A stretch of DNA of 64,000 bases from Antedon mediterranea (Eukaryota > Animalia > Echinodermata). Positions 10,889 through 22,360 of the stretch are shown piece by piece. The stretch lies in assembly GCF_964355755.1 (NCBI RefSeq), contig NC_092671.1, forward strand, positions 6,820,001-6,884,000, read 5' to 3'. Under the pieces are notes generated by a model. That model was not told the origin of the DNA. It did not search any database and saw only the letters and a list, made by a program, of their open reading frames with translations. Position numbers and translations under genes: made by a program. Numbering within the stretch: the stretch's first letter is position 1; every line of letters begins with the position of its first letter.

Positions 10889-12665
10889 CGGTTCTAGGAC
10901 ACCTACCCCCTAGACAGTTACCCCCGGATGTTTACCACCCGGACAACTACCCCCTTAGGACAACTACCCCCCCGTACAACTACCCCCCGGACAACTACCC
11001 CCCGGACAACTACCCCCTTAGGACAACTACCCCCTTAGGATAACAACCCCCGGACAACTACCCCCGGACAACTACCCCCCGGACAACCACCCCCTTAGGA
11101 CAACTACCCCCTTAGGATAACTACCCCCCGGGTAACTATCCCCGGTCAACTACCCCCGGTCAACAACCCCCGGTCAACTACCCCCCGGTCAACTACCCCC
11201 CTCCCCCATCCAAAAGTAGACAAATATATAGGACCGGTTTCTGTAAAAATGAAATCATCTGTTTTTAACGGTTGTTTCGAAACTAGAGAGACCCGAGACC
11301 AGAGACCTGATACGAGACCCAATACGAAAAGGGAGACCTATATTTGGGTCTCCCTTTTCGTATATTATGGTCTCTCTTTTCGTATAGTGTGGTCTCTCTT
11401 TTCGTATAGTGGGGTCTCCCTTTTCTTATAGTGGGGTCTCCCTTTTCTTATAGTGGGTCTCCCTTTTCGTATATTTGGGTCTCCCATTTTGTATATTTGG
11501 GTTTCCCATTTTGTATATTTGGGTCTCCCTTTCGTATAACTGGATCTCCCTTTCGTATAACTGGGTCTCCCTTTTCGTATATTTAGGTCTCCCTTTTCGT
11601 ATAGTGGGGTCTCCCTTTTCGTATAGTGGGGTCTCCCTTTTCGTATAGTGGGGTCTCCCTTTTCGTACGTGGGTCTCCCTTTTCGTATATTTAGGTCTCC
11701 CTTTTCGTATCTGGTCTCTGGTCTCGGGTCTCTAGTTTCGAAACACCCGTTTTTAACCGATTATTCTGTTTAACAGCACGCAAGACCCTAGATGTGCTAG
11801 ATTTAAAGTACCGTATTTATTGAAAAAACGGCCTGGGCTGTTTATTGTTTAGGTGGTTTTTAGGTGGACATTTATTGGAAGAAAGTTGTTTATTCAATGG
11901 GAGGGGGTATAATCTAATGGAAATAGACGCCGATTATTCCATATGATGTTTCATGGGAGTGACATGGTCACCGTTTATTTGAGGGGAATTTATTTAAAGA
12001 TCGACGTTTATTCGGTGAGTGAACATTGAGGTCAAATATCAAAAGTGATATTATTCTTCAAGTGTACAAAAATACATATATGACAAATTTGAGACAAAAA
12101 TTAATTCTTTTAAGACCAGTGGTTATCGAAGCATTGTCCTGCCGCAAAAATTATTATTATTATTAGCGAACCCAGTCTTTACAGTAAATACAGGGAGTAC
12201 TATATAATACGTTCGACTATCCTATGATCATGTGTGACAATCTTCAGTTTATACTAGGCTATATTTATGTTCAATCTTTTACTTTTGTTTACAATAATGA
12301 ATAGTAATTCGTCAAAGTAACGAATTAAAATATAGTTATTAATTCCTATTAATTATACACTGTTGCAGAGTCAGGTTGTTGAATGGTCTGAGTGGTTAGG
12401 GTGTTCTAAAGGGATAGTTTTCTGGGTGGTAATTGTCCGGGGGTAATTGTCCGGGGGGTAATTGTTCCTAGGGGGTAATTGTCCGGGGGGTAGTTGTCCT
12501 AAGGGGGTAGTTGTCCTAAGGGGGTTGTTGTCCTAAGGGGGTAGTTGTCCTAAAGGGGTAGTTGTCCTAAGGGGGTAGTGGTCCAGGTGGTGGTTGTCCG
12601 GGGGGTAGTTGTCCGGGGGTAGTTGTCCGGGGGGTAAATGTCCAGGGGGTGAATATCCGGATACG
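10889..12665. mobile_element. TIR element with subterminal GGACAACTACCCCC arrays and 7-bp TSD
   Basis: Imperfect TIR CGGTTCTAGGACAC.../...ATCCGGATACG; ~16-bp tandem arrays at ~10900-11200 and inverted at ~12430-12655; TSD CATAAAA (10882-10888, 12666-12672). Confidence 0.75.
11270..11748. mobile_element. MULE-like MITE with internal ~21-bp minisatellite
   Basis: TIR GGTTGTTTCGAAACTAGAG / CTCTAGTTTCGAAACACCC; 9-bp TSD GTTTTTAAC; internal repeats GGTCTCCCTTTTCGTATAGTG. Confidence 0.8.
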
Positions 12666-12759
12666 CATAAAACAATTTAAGAATGACAGATTTTGGATTA
12701 GATATTTTAGCCATTAATCAACCTTAAGAAGTAGGCCTATCTGGTTATATGCTGTGGAA

Positions 12760-13574
12760 AGAACCCCCACCCAATTTCTGTGATAATCGCATTTAAAACC
12801 AATTTTTTTTGTATTGATAATTGACATAGTGTTGAGAACTGATCGATTATGAAAAAATAATGATGAATATCGATTCAGAACTTCTTTAAACAAAGGGGGG
12901 TCATTCCTTCACATGGGGGTTGGACATTTTAGATAGGCCATGAAAACGAACCCCTCCCTCCAATTTCTATGATATTCTGATTTAAAACCAAATTTTGTTT
13001 TATTGATATTTGACATAGTGTTGAGAACTGATCGATTATGAAAAAATAATGATGAATATCGATTCAGAACTTCTCTAAACAAAGGGGGTCATTCCTTCAC
13101 AGGGGGGTTGAAAATTTTAGATAGGCCATGAAAACGAACCCCCTCCAATTTCTATGATATTCTGATGTAAAACCAAATTTATTTTGTATTGATAATTGAC
13201 ATAGTGTTGAGAACTGATCGATTGTGAAAAAATAATGATGAATATTGATTCAGAACTTCTTTAAACAAAGGGGGGTCATTTTTTCACAGGGGGGTTGAAC
13301 ATTTTAGATAGGCCATGAAAACGAACCCCCCCCCCCCCTCCAATTTCTGTGATAATCGCATTTAAAACCAATTTTGTTTTGTATTGATAATTGACATAGT
13401 GTTGAGATCTGATCGATTATGAAAAAATAATGATGAATATCGATTCAGAACTTCTTTAAACAAAGGGGGGTCATTCCTTCACAGGGGGGTTGAACATTTT
13501 AGATAGGCCATGAAAACAAACCCCCCTCCAATTTCTATGATATTCTGATTTAAAACCAAATTCATTTTGTATTA
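12760..13574 (+). repeat. ~187-bp satellite, left part (~4 units)
   Basis: Unit marker GTTGAGAACTGATCGATT recurs at ~12830, 13020, 13206, 13400; array is cut at a TA by the 13575-18944 insertion. Confidence 0.93.
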
Positions 13575-13591
13575 CCGTAGTTCCCCGGGTA

Positions 13592-16342
13592 GGTGGTGTT
13601 ATGGCATATATAAGCGAAAGGTATTGTCACCCAAATAATGTGCATCTAAAGAAAAACAGCTGCTCGCCTAACGTTGAAATAATGGTACTCTCAATACGTC
13701 CGTTCTACATACCGAGGGAATTTTCACATGTTGTTTTAGTGGTTGTATACATACCAAACAAAAATCTGGCCAAGGAAGCACAAAGAGAACTAACCGTAGT
13801 TATAGCGGAAATTGAAACGGCTTCCCCTGACGCATATATTGTAATAAATGGAGACTTTAATCATTGTACCCTAAAAAAGAGTAGCGTTTACTATTACCAA
13901 CATGTGAAGTGCAGCACGCGGGAATCTGTTACCCTTGACGTATGTTATTCAAACGTAAAACACGCATATTTAGCAAGAAAATTGCCGAAACTTGGTAAAT
14001 CTGACCATAATTTAATTATACTACAACCCAAGTATCGTCCATTAGTACAACGGCAGAAACCCAGGGTAATTACTGTAAAGAAGTGGACTCAAGATGCAAT
14101 AGAACAGCTGAAATGCGAATTTGAAACTACGGACTGGAGTGTTTTTACGGAAAATTCAAACGGGTCAGACGAGGTAACGGAAGCGGTCAGTGCATATATT
14201 AACTTTTGTACTGAAAATGTAATACCAAAAAGGAAAGTAAAAATCTACGGAAACCGTAAACCATGGATAAATAGGGAGGTGACAGATGTTATTAAGAAAA
14301 AGAGACAGGCCTTCGATCGAGGTGATGTAAATGAACTAAATAAAATCCAAAAGGAACTTAAACGAGTAATACGTAAAAGTAAACTAAAGTACAAACGTGA
14401 AATAGAAGAACATTTTGTAGGTAATGATATGAGTAAGGTTTGGAGGGGAATGAGGCAAATGAGCGGATATGCAAAATCGCCACAAGGAAGTGGAATTGTG
14501 TCAAATTTGACTAAACAATATGCTAATGAATTAAATACTTTTTTTAATAGGTTCGATCGCTATAATTTTTCTGATGAACAGATCTTAATCAAAAGTAGGT
14601 TGGCCTTACCAGATGAAAGTGGTTTTGACCTTAAGACAAATGCGGATGAAGTTACCAGCCACTTTAAAGGTCTGAAAGCATCCAAATCAGCTGGACCAGA
14701 CCAAATTCTACCCAAAGTTCTTAAATTATGCGCAACCCAATTGGCAGATATTTTTGTATATATTTTTAACTTGATTTTTGAAACACAAACCTTGCCAGAA
14801 TCCTGGAAAACGTCATGCATCATCCCAATCCCTAAACGACAAAATATACAGTGTTATAACGATCTTAGACCTGTTGCGCTAACATCCGTCCCAATGAAAG
14901 TCTGTGAAAAGATTGTTCTAAAAAGCCTGAAACCATTAGTTGCAGATTTTTTGGACCCACATCAGTTCGCTTATCGGAGAAACAGGAACACTGAAGACGC
15001 ATTAATATACAAAAATGAAAAAATGTATGCCCATCTTGACAATTGGAGAACATCCCCGTCTGTTAGGATTATGTACTTCGACTTTAGTTCAGCTTTTAAT
15101 ACCATCCAACCACACATTTTAATTAATAAGTTGTTCGGCATGAATATCCCCAATTTACTAATTTCGTTCGTTTTTAACTTCCTCGTTGGACGTCTCCAGT
15201 TTGTTAGGCTAAATCAAAATGTCAGATCGGACATTATTCGGACAAATACGGGAGCACCACAAGGTACTGTACTTGCACCGTTTTTGTTCACATTGTATAC
15301 GTCAGATTTCCAACCTAGATTCCCGGACTGTCCAGTAATTAAATTTGCAGATGATTCTGCTATGATAGGTTTAATAAAAGAGGATGACGATACAAATTTC
15401 AAATCTGAAATAGTTAGGTTTACGAAATACTGTGATGAAAATTTCCTGGAACTTAATGTAGCAAAAACCAAAGAAATGCGAATAGATTTCCGCCGTAAAA
15501 AAAGAAGGGAAATTGAGCCTGTCCAGATTAAAGGACATGAGGTAGAAATCGTTAAAACATATAAGTATCTTGGGGTAACGTATGACAATAATTTATCATG
15601 GGGAGAGCATGTAGATCAACTAATTAAAAAATTAAATACTAGACTGTACTGTTTGAGGAAAATGAACGTTTTTAGGGTAAGGGAAGAGATACTTACTATG
15701 TTTTATTCATCTGTTATTTTTTCAATCTGGGATTATTGCCTATTAGGCTGGGGTGGGAACATAAACAAAGGAGATAAGGGCCGCATATGTAAAGTGTTAG
15801 AAAGGGCATTAAGAGTGATTGGCTCGTCGGCGCTGACAGCGGACTCAGTCTACGATTGTCACTACGGAGAACGATTGAAAAATGGTTTACAGGCGGTCAT
15901 GGAGGAGGAAAGCCACCCCCTTCATTCGGATCTTCTTCGCTGCCACATTGGTAGAAGTGGTAGACTGAGGCAGGTGTTGGCGCGGACGGGTCGATACTCA
16001 AATTCGTTTCTCCCAGCTGGGATTAAAAAATTTAACGATGACTTTAAGAGGTAACTACAATAATTTTGATAACAATAATAAATAATATAATATAATAATT
16101 AATAATGAAATATAAGACACTTTTTAAACCGTTTTGTAATGATCTGTATTTTTAACTTAAATATTTTTGAGCTGTAATTTTATGATGTACTTTTTTAATC
16201 ATTGTGTATTTTTATATTGTTATTCTGCATTTTATACTTTATTTTTATACGATTTTTTTATACGATATTTTTATGTGATAAGTGAGCAAATGCAATTTCC
16301 AGTTTATTTGGACAATAAAAGTTATCTGTATCTGTATCTGTA
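13592..16342 (+). mobile_element. 5'-truncated Rex1/Babar-clade LINE
   Basis: Begins inside the endonuclease (GGV-MAYI); 3' UTR with AATAAA and (TATCTG)3 tail; inserted 17 bp into the left Tc1/mariner TIR. Confidence 0.9.
13601..16054 (+). CDS. LINE ORF2 (partial AP endonuclease + reverse transcriptase), 817 aa
   Basis: Rex1-type motifs RPFYIPREF, GDFNH, GKSDH, PHQFAYRRNRNTEDA, DFSSAFNTI, TGAPQGTVLAP, KFADD, YKYLG; no internal stops. Confidence 0.93.
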   Translation: MAYISERYCHPNNVHLKKNSCSPNVEIMVLSIRPFYIPREFSHVVLVVVYIPNKNLAKEAQRELTVVIAEIETASPDAYIVINGDFNHCTLKKSSVYYYQHVKCSTRESVTLDVCYSNVKHAYLARKLPKLGKSDHNLIILQPKYRPLVQRQKPRVITVKKWTQDAIEQLKCEFETTDWSVFTENSNGSDEVTEAVSAYINFCTENVIPKRKVKIYGNRKPWINREVTDVIKKKRQAFDRGDVNELNKIQKELKRVIRKSKLKYKREIEEHFVGNDMSKVWRGMRQMSGYAKSPQGSGIVSNLTKQYANELNTFFNRFDRYNFSDEQILIKSRLALPDESGFDLKTNADEVTSHFKGLKASKSAGPDQILPKVLKLCATQLADIFVYIFNLIFETQTLPESWKTSCIIPIPKRQNIQCYNDLRPVALTSVPMKVCEKIVLKSLKPLVADFLDPHQFAYRRNRNTEDALIYKNEKMYAHLDNWRTSPSVRIMYFDFSSAFNTIQPHILINKLFGMNIPNLLISFVFNFLVGRLQFVRLNQNVRSDIIRTNTGAPQGTVLAPFLFTLYTSDFQPRFPDCPVIKFADDSAMIGLIKEDDDTNFKSEIVRFTKYCDENFLELNVAKTKEMRIDFRRKKRREIEPVQIKGHEVEIVKTYKYLGVTYDNNLSWGEHVDQLIKKLNTRLYCLRKMNVFRVREEILTMFYSSVIFSIWDYCLLGWGGNINKGDKGRICKVLERALRVIGSSALTADSVYDCHYGERLKNGLQAVMEEESHPLHSDLLRCHIGRSGRLRQVLARTGRYSNSFLPAGIKKFNDDFKR

Positions 16343-16784
16343 TAATCCCACCCCCCTTGTACATGAAATTTGCCCGAATTTGGGAGGTGGGACTATACCC
16401 GGGGATTTCCCGCTGCATGAACTGAAAATGACGATATTTCTTCTAGCTACGATTTAGGCTATCTAAAAGCTTTATTCCGATGTAGGCCTAGCAATTAGAC
16501 GGCCAGACCATCTAGGCCTAGGCGGCCTAATTGGTCTTACCTGTGCTATGCCTACCGTATAGATTTTCCCCGAGATTTCTACTTAAAAAATACCCTAAAA
16601 TGTGATCTAGGCCTAGCTTCCTAAATCGACATGAACTCGATCGATACATATTCACTCACACGCTCGAATCGCATGTTGTTGCATGTGACACAAACTCTAC
16701 TGTGCACAAGCTGGTCGGTATAGAGGGCGGTGTTTTTTTTACGGTAATCAAGCATGCACAGTAGTGTAAACAACAAGAAAGAAT

Positions 16785-18652
16785 TGTGATATAACGATAT
16801 ATACTTTAATATTTAAGAAATTGACCTTTGTATCGGAATTCAAATAGGTTCACAAACTTGACCCAGAAAGTCCAAAGGAGAGTTTGTCCAGATGTTTTAA
16901 TGACCATTTAGTTTATAATAGAATCCCTAAAGAAAACACTTAGCTTAATTTTGTGACTTTCCCATCGTTAAACCAGGAGTGATCGACACTATTTAAGTAC
17001 AGATTTGACAGTGTCATCCATCACAGAAATACCTAATTATACCGTTAATCACTCCCACTTAAACACCCCTGGATCAACTTAGGACCAATCGTTACCCTCA
17101 CAGATTACGTAATTGACATATGCTAATGAACTGAGCCAATATACTCCCAAGTTTCAGAAGGGCCCGGACACACCTCACAGCCACCTCACAGGGATGTCAC
17201 CACGCTGGTCGGCGCTGGTCGGCCCCGACCAGCACTCAACATTTCCGACCAGGATTTACAGGCTGCCGACCACCACTATTATTTATTAATCATTACGATA
17301 TTTATATTAGGCCTAGGCCTAACTAAAATTCGTACTAAAACATTTTACCTAGCACATCGTTAATAACAGACAAGCTAGCCTCATATAGATAAGACAAAAG
17401 ACTACAGCAAATGTTTCCGTGGTTACGTACGTTACTTTATTTGTAACACAATACCAGGTCTACCCTGCCCTGGTATTCATTGTTACAGCTTGTGAGTCAT
17501 GGCGAACAACGTGCTACACAGCACAGTGTACAACTACAAGTTTAAAGTTCACATAGCGACCATTCAAGCGTTTTATTTTGCACAGAATAAAAATACAAAC
17601 AAGTACGCAGTAATTAAAAATGTACAACTACATAGACCCAAACAAAATCATTTTTAATTGCTGAATGTTTTGTCACCCTGCTTTAATTATATTATGTTAG
17701 TATGTTACTAGTTTTACATTTTTGTAGTTAACTCTACGAACTATTAAAAAAAATAAAAAAAACATGCGCATGGTTCAGTGAGACCGGGCAAGTTTGTTCG
17801 TTTATGATCGCCGAGCATGGTACAATAATTACATGTCCCTGGGATAACTTCAGGTTGCTGAACTTCAGTTAACCCATAAACACGTGTCTGTTCTTGCCGG
17901 CCATGCACTACATGCTTGCCGCACAGTTGTGAAACAAAAAATCCGGAATTCGCGAATACGCTAAAAAACTCTCGCGCAAAAGAACACGAACATTATATCG
18001 AGCAACAAGTAGTAAGGTCTAGGCTAATAATTTATCTACAGTATTTGATTAGGGATTAGGCCTACTAAATAAGGCAGCGCCTGTTTTTGTGGAATTCAGA
18101 TTTTGGGGCATCTATCTAAGCCTTGGCTAGGCCTAGTGGTCGTAGTGTCTACAAGGCTAGGCCTAAGCCTGACGCGATCTATTGCTATTCATTTCGTAAG
18201 CGTTTTTTTGTTTTCGCGAATAATAACGGCGACTCCCCGGTGGTACAAGGTTAGGCCTAGACCTGACGCAATTTGTTGTTATTTATTTTCATAATTCTTT
18301 ATGTTTCACTAAAATAACGACAAACCCCCGGGGCGGGGGGGGGGAATACCCGGGGGGGGGGGGGAATTTGCCGACCGGCACTCCAAAAAGCTGGTGACAT
18401 CCCTGAGTCCTCACGGAGCACACACCTTACAGCCACCTCACGGAGCACACACCTTACAGCCACTTCTTCAGAAGCAGACTAACACACTTCACACCTCACC
18501 GAGAGCATCATTGATCCTCCGCGTTCCTTATCTATACTTATAGTTGTATATTGTACTGAAGTATTATACTGAATAAATAATATATGTGTTACGACAGTCA
18601 AGCGAGTTAGAGTCTTTCATTAGTACCTCAACAACCCAAACATTATATTACA
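16785..18652 (+). mobile_element. Gypsy-type solo LTR (~640 bp after removing the nested hAT MITE)
   Basis: TGTGATATAA...TTATATTACA inverted ends, 4-bp TSD GAAT (16781-16784, 18653-18656), AATAAA near the 3' end, internal CACCTCACGGAGCACACACCTTACAGC repeats. Confidence 0.75.
17189..18405. mobile_element. hAT-like MITE nested in the solo LTR
   Basis: 14-bp perfect TIR CAGGGATGTCACCA / TGGTGACATCCCTG; degenerate 8-bp TSD CCACCTCA / AGTCCTCA. Confidence 0.75.
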
Positions 18653-18946
18653 GAATGTACACGACGGCGAAAGGATGTACAGAACGTGACGATCGGGGCC
18701 TTAAGGTTGTATTCAACTTAATGTTTGATGAGTTTTAAGTCAGCCAAATTCAGAGAAATCACTCTATTTTTTTGGTGAGAAATTGACGTCGGCCTAGCTA
18801 GCTACAGTAGGCCTAGGCCCACCTCTGGCCTAATGTAAAATTATACACTGGGACTTTGCCCGGGGATATGCTTGCGTGTGAAGGTAATCGTAAAGTCGGG
18901 GGTGGGATTATACCCGAGGTGGGATTATACCCGAGGAACTACGGTA

Positions 18947-21275
18947 ATAATTGATATAGTGTTGAGAACTGATCGATTATGAAAAAATAATGAAGAATAT
19001 CGATTCAGAACTTCTTTAAACAGAGGGGGGTCATTCTTTCACAGGGTGGTTGAACATTTTAGATAGGCCATGAAAACGAACCCCCCTCCAATTTCTGTGA
19101 TAATTGTATTTAAAACCAATTTTTTTTGTATTGAAAATTGACATAGTGTTGAGAACTGATAGATTATGAAAAAATAATGATGAATATCGATTCAGAACTT
19201 CTTTAAACAAAGGGGGGTCATTCCTTCACAGGGGGGTTGGAAATTTTAGATAGGCCATGAAAACGAACCCTCCTCCAATTTCTATGATATTCTGATTTAA
19301 AACCAAATTTTGTTTTATTGATATTTAACATAGTGTTGAGAACTGATCGATTATGAAAAAATAATGATGAATATCGATTCAGAACTTCTTTAAACAAAGG
19401 GGGTCATTCCTTCACAGGGGGGTTGAAAATTTTAGATAGGCCATGAAAAAGAACCCCCTCCAATTTCTATGATATTCTGATGTAAAACCAAGTTCATTTT
19501 GTTTTATTGATATTTGACATAGTGTTGAGAACTGATCGGTTATGAAAAAATAATGATGAATATCGATTCAGAACTTCTTTAAACAAAGCGGGGTCATTCC
19601 TTCACAGGGGGGTTGACAATTTTAGATAGGCCATGAAAACAAACCCCCCTGCAATTTCTATGATATTCTGATTTAAAACCAAATTCATTTTGTATTAATA
19701 ATTGACATAGTGTTGAGAACTGATCGATTATGAAAAAATAATGAAGAATATCGATTCAGAACTTCTTTAAACAGAGGGGGGTCATTCTTTCACAGGGGGG
19801 TTGAAAATTTTAGATAGGCCATGAAAACAAACCCCCTCCAATTTCTATGATATTCTGATTTAAAACCAAATTCATTTTGTATTAATAATTGACATAGTGT
19901 TGAGAACTTTGAGAACTGATCGATTATGAAAAAATAATGAAGAATATCGATTCAGAACTTCTTTAAACAGAGGGGGGTCATTCTTTCACAGGGGGGTTGA
20001 ACATTTTAGATAGGCCATGAAAACGAACCCCCCTCCAATTTCTATGATATTCTGATTTAAAACCAAATTCATTTTGTATTAATAATTGACATAGTGTTGA
20101 GAACTGATCGATTATGAAAAAATAATGAAGAATATCGATTCAGAACTTCTTTAAACAGAGGGGGGTCATTCCTTCACAGGGGGGTTGAACATTTTAGATA
20201 GGCCATGAAAACAAACCCCCCTCCAATTTATATGATATTCTGATTTAAAACCAAATTCATTTTGTATTAATAATTGATATAGTGTTGAGAACTGATCGAT
20301 TATGAAAAAATAATGAAGAATATCGATTCAGAACTTCTTTAAACAGAGGGGGGTCATTCTTTCACAGGGGGGTTGAACATTTTAGATAGGCCATGAAAAC
20401 GAACCCCCCTCCAATTTCTGTGATAATTGTATTTAAAACCAATTTTTTTTGTATTGAAAATTGACATAGTGTTGAGAACTGATAGATTATGAAAAAATAA
20501 TGATGAATATCGATTCAGAACTTCTTTAAACAAAGGGGGGTCATTCCTTCACAGGGGGGTTGGAAATTTTAGATAGGCCATGAAAACGAACCCCCCTCCA
20601 ATTTCTATGATATTCTGATTTAAAACCAAATTTTGTTTTATTGATATTTGACATAGTGTTGAGAACTGATCGATTATGAAAAAATAATGATGAATATCGA
20701 TTCAGAACTTCTTTAAACAAAGGGGGTCATTCCTTCACAGGGGGGTTGAAAATTTTAGATAGGCCATGAAAAAGAACCCCCTCCAATTTCTATGATATTC
20801 TGATGTAAAACCAAGTTCATTTTGTTTTATTGATATTTGACATAGTGTTGAGAACTGATCGATTATGAAAAAATAATGATGAATATCGATTCAGAACTTC
20901 TTTAAACAAAGGGGGGTCATTCCTTCACAGGGGGGTTGAACATTTTAGATAGGCCATGAAAAGAAACCCCCCTCCAATTTCTATGATATTCTGATTTAAA
21001 ACCAAATTCATTTTGTATTAATAATTGACATAGTGTTGAGAACTGATCGATTATGAAAAAATAATGAAGAATATCGATTCAGAATTTCTTTAAACAGAGG
21101 GGGACTTTCTTTCACAGGGGGGTTGAAAATGTTAGATAGGCCATGAAAACGAACGCCACTCCAATTTCTATGATATTCAAAACCAAATTTTGTTTGATAT
21201 TTGACATAGTGCTGAGAACTGATCGATTATGAAAAAATAATGATGAAAATCGATTCAGAACTTTTTTAAACAGAA
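18947..21275 (+). repeat. ~187-bp satellite, right part (~13 units)
   Basis: Continuation of the 12760-13574 array; unit marker recurs every ~187 bp from 18961 to ~21211. Confidence 0.95.
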
Positions 21276-22360
21276 GGTACCAAGGTGGGGGGAGGGGGGA
21301 AGACATTCTTTCTATGAAAATTGTATTATTATTATTGCGACATAAAAAAATAAAATTATGATTATAAAAAAGGCCCTCGTAATATCCATGTTTATTTATT
21401 TTTTGTTTTTAGATAACTATGTGGTTCTGCTATAAGAGATGGGAGAGGGTCAGTCAAAAGAGAAGGGAGGTGTTGAGGGGGGGGGGGTAACTTTCACGGG
21501 GGGGTTGAAAGTTTTAGCTTAGCTAAAATTTTCAACCTCCCCTCCAAGCCAGCGAAGATCAGTGAAGCGTGTAATCGTTGAATAAACATGAAAAACTCCC
21601 TTTTCGCGCATGCGTTGTTAAGGGGGGGTTGAGAATTATGGGGAGGTTGGATTTCTTAGAACAACGCCATTAATTTCGGTTATGTTACCTAGCTAGGCCT
21701 AGGCCTATTATATTGATGAGATATGGCTTTGACCTGTTGTACCTTAATTTAATCATTTACTAAGTATTAGTATTAATAATTCATTGTTAAAGTTACTGCA
21801 TTGCATTAAGCACCTGGATACTATAGTTATGATAATCTTCGCAAAACTTTATAGCTCATGTGATCATTTTAATTGATTTACGTATAGCTGTACAATGTCA
21901 ATGGCATGTAGGTGTCGCGTCGTTGTTGTAGGAGGAGGAGAGTTAACCGCAAGGATTTTGTTATCGCTTGCTATGACGACACGGTTTTGCATTTTTAATT
22001 AGTTTAAGGGATCGTCTTTTATATTGTTTGTTTTAACTTAAATACAAAACTTTTCAGTTTGACGCTTAAGGAGCCACATATATTGCTAGACATGCATTTA
22101 TAGGTCATTGTTATGTTTTGTTTTAGTAATCTGGTTCACATTCAAGAAACAGGAATAAAGGAGCACCTTGGGTGTTGGACTTGAATAACGAATATATCAC
22201 TCGCATTATTTTTAGGGCAGTTACAGTAAGTAATATTCAATCTTAGTTGTTCACGTGTTTAATCAACAACTATTAATTGTCATTACCAGCCATGAATGAA
22301 GACATTATTATAAAATCACTTAAGTCACACAGAATTAATATTACTTTTTTTAAATAATAG

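Larger units (their letters stand above)
13575..18944. mobile_element. Tc1/mariner (pogo-like) non-autonomous element inserted in the satellite
   Basis: TA TSD; TIR CCGTAGTTCC(C/T)CGGGTATAATCCCACC is restored when the LINE is removed from the left TIR; removing the element restores the satellite consensus TTTTGTATTA|ATAATTGA. Confidence 0.85.
10201..21665. mobile_element. Large non-autonomous TIR element (CACTG left end, possibly CMC/EnSpm-type) hosting a satellite and nested insertions
   Basis: TGTTCTAAGAAATCCAACCTCCCCATAATTCTCAA at 10204-10238 is the reverse complement of 21629-21663. No convincing TSD, so exact ends and superfamily are uncertain. Confidence 0.6.

Noticed and set aside
11330-11710. 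Short regular repeats that superficially resemble a CRISPR array
   Set aside because: Head-to-tail minisatellite without unique spacers, inside a MITE in eukaryotic DNA; no cas genes.
11811-12195. Possible pogo-like MITE (CCGTATTTATT...AGTAAATACAGG)
   Set aside because: TIR too degenerate and the right TSD is absent; boundaries cannot be supported.
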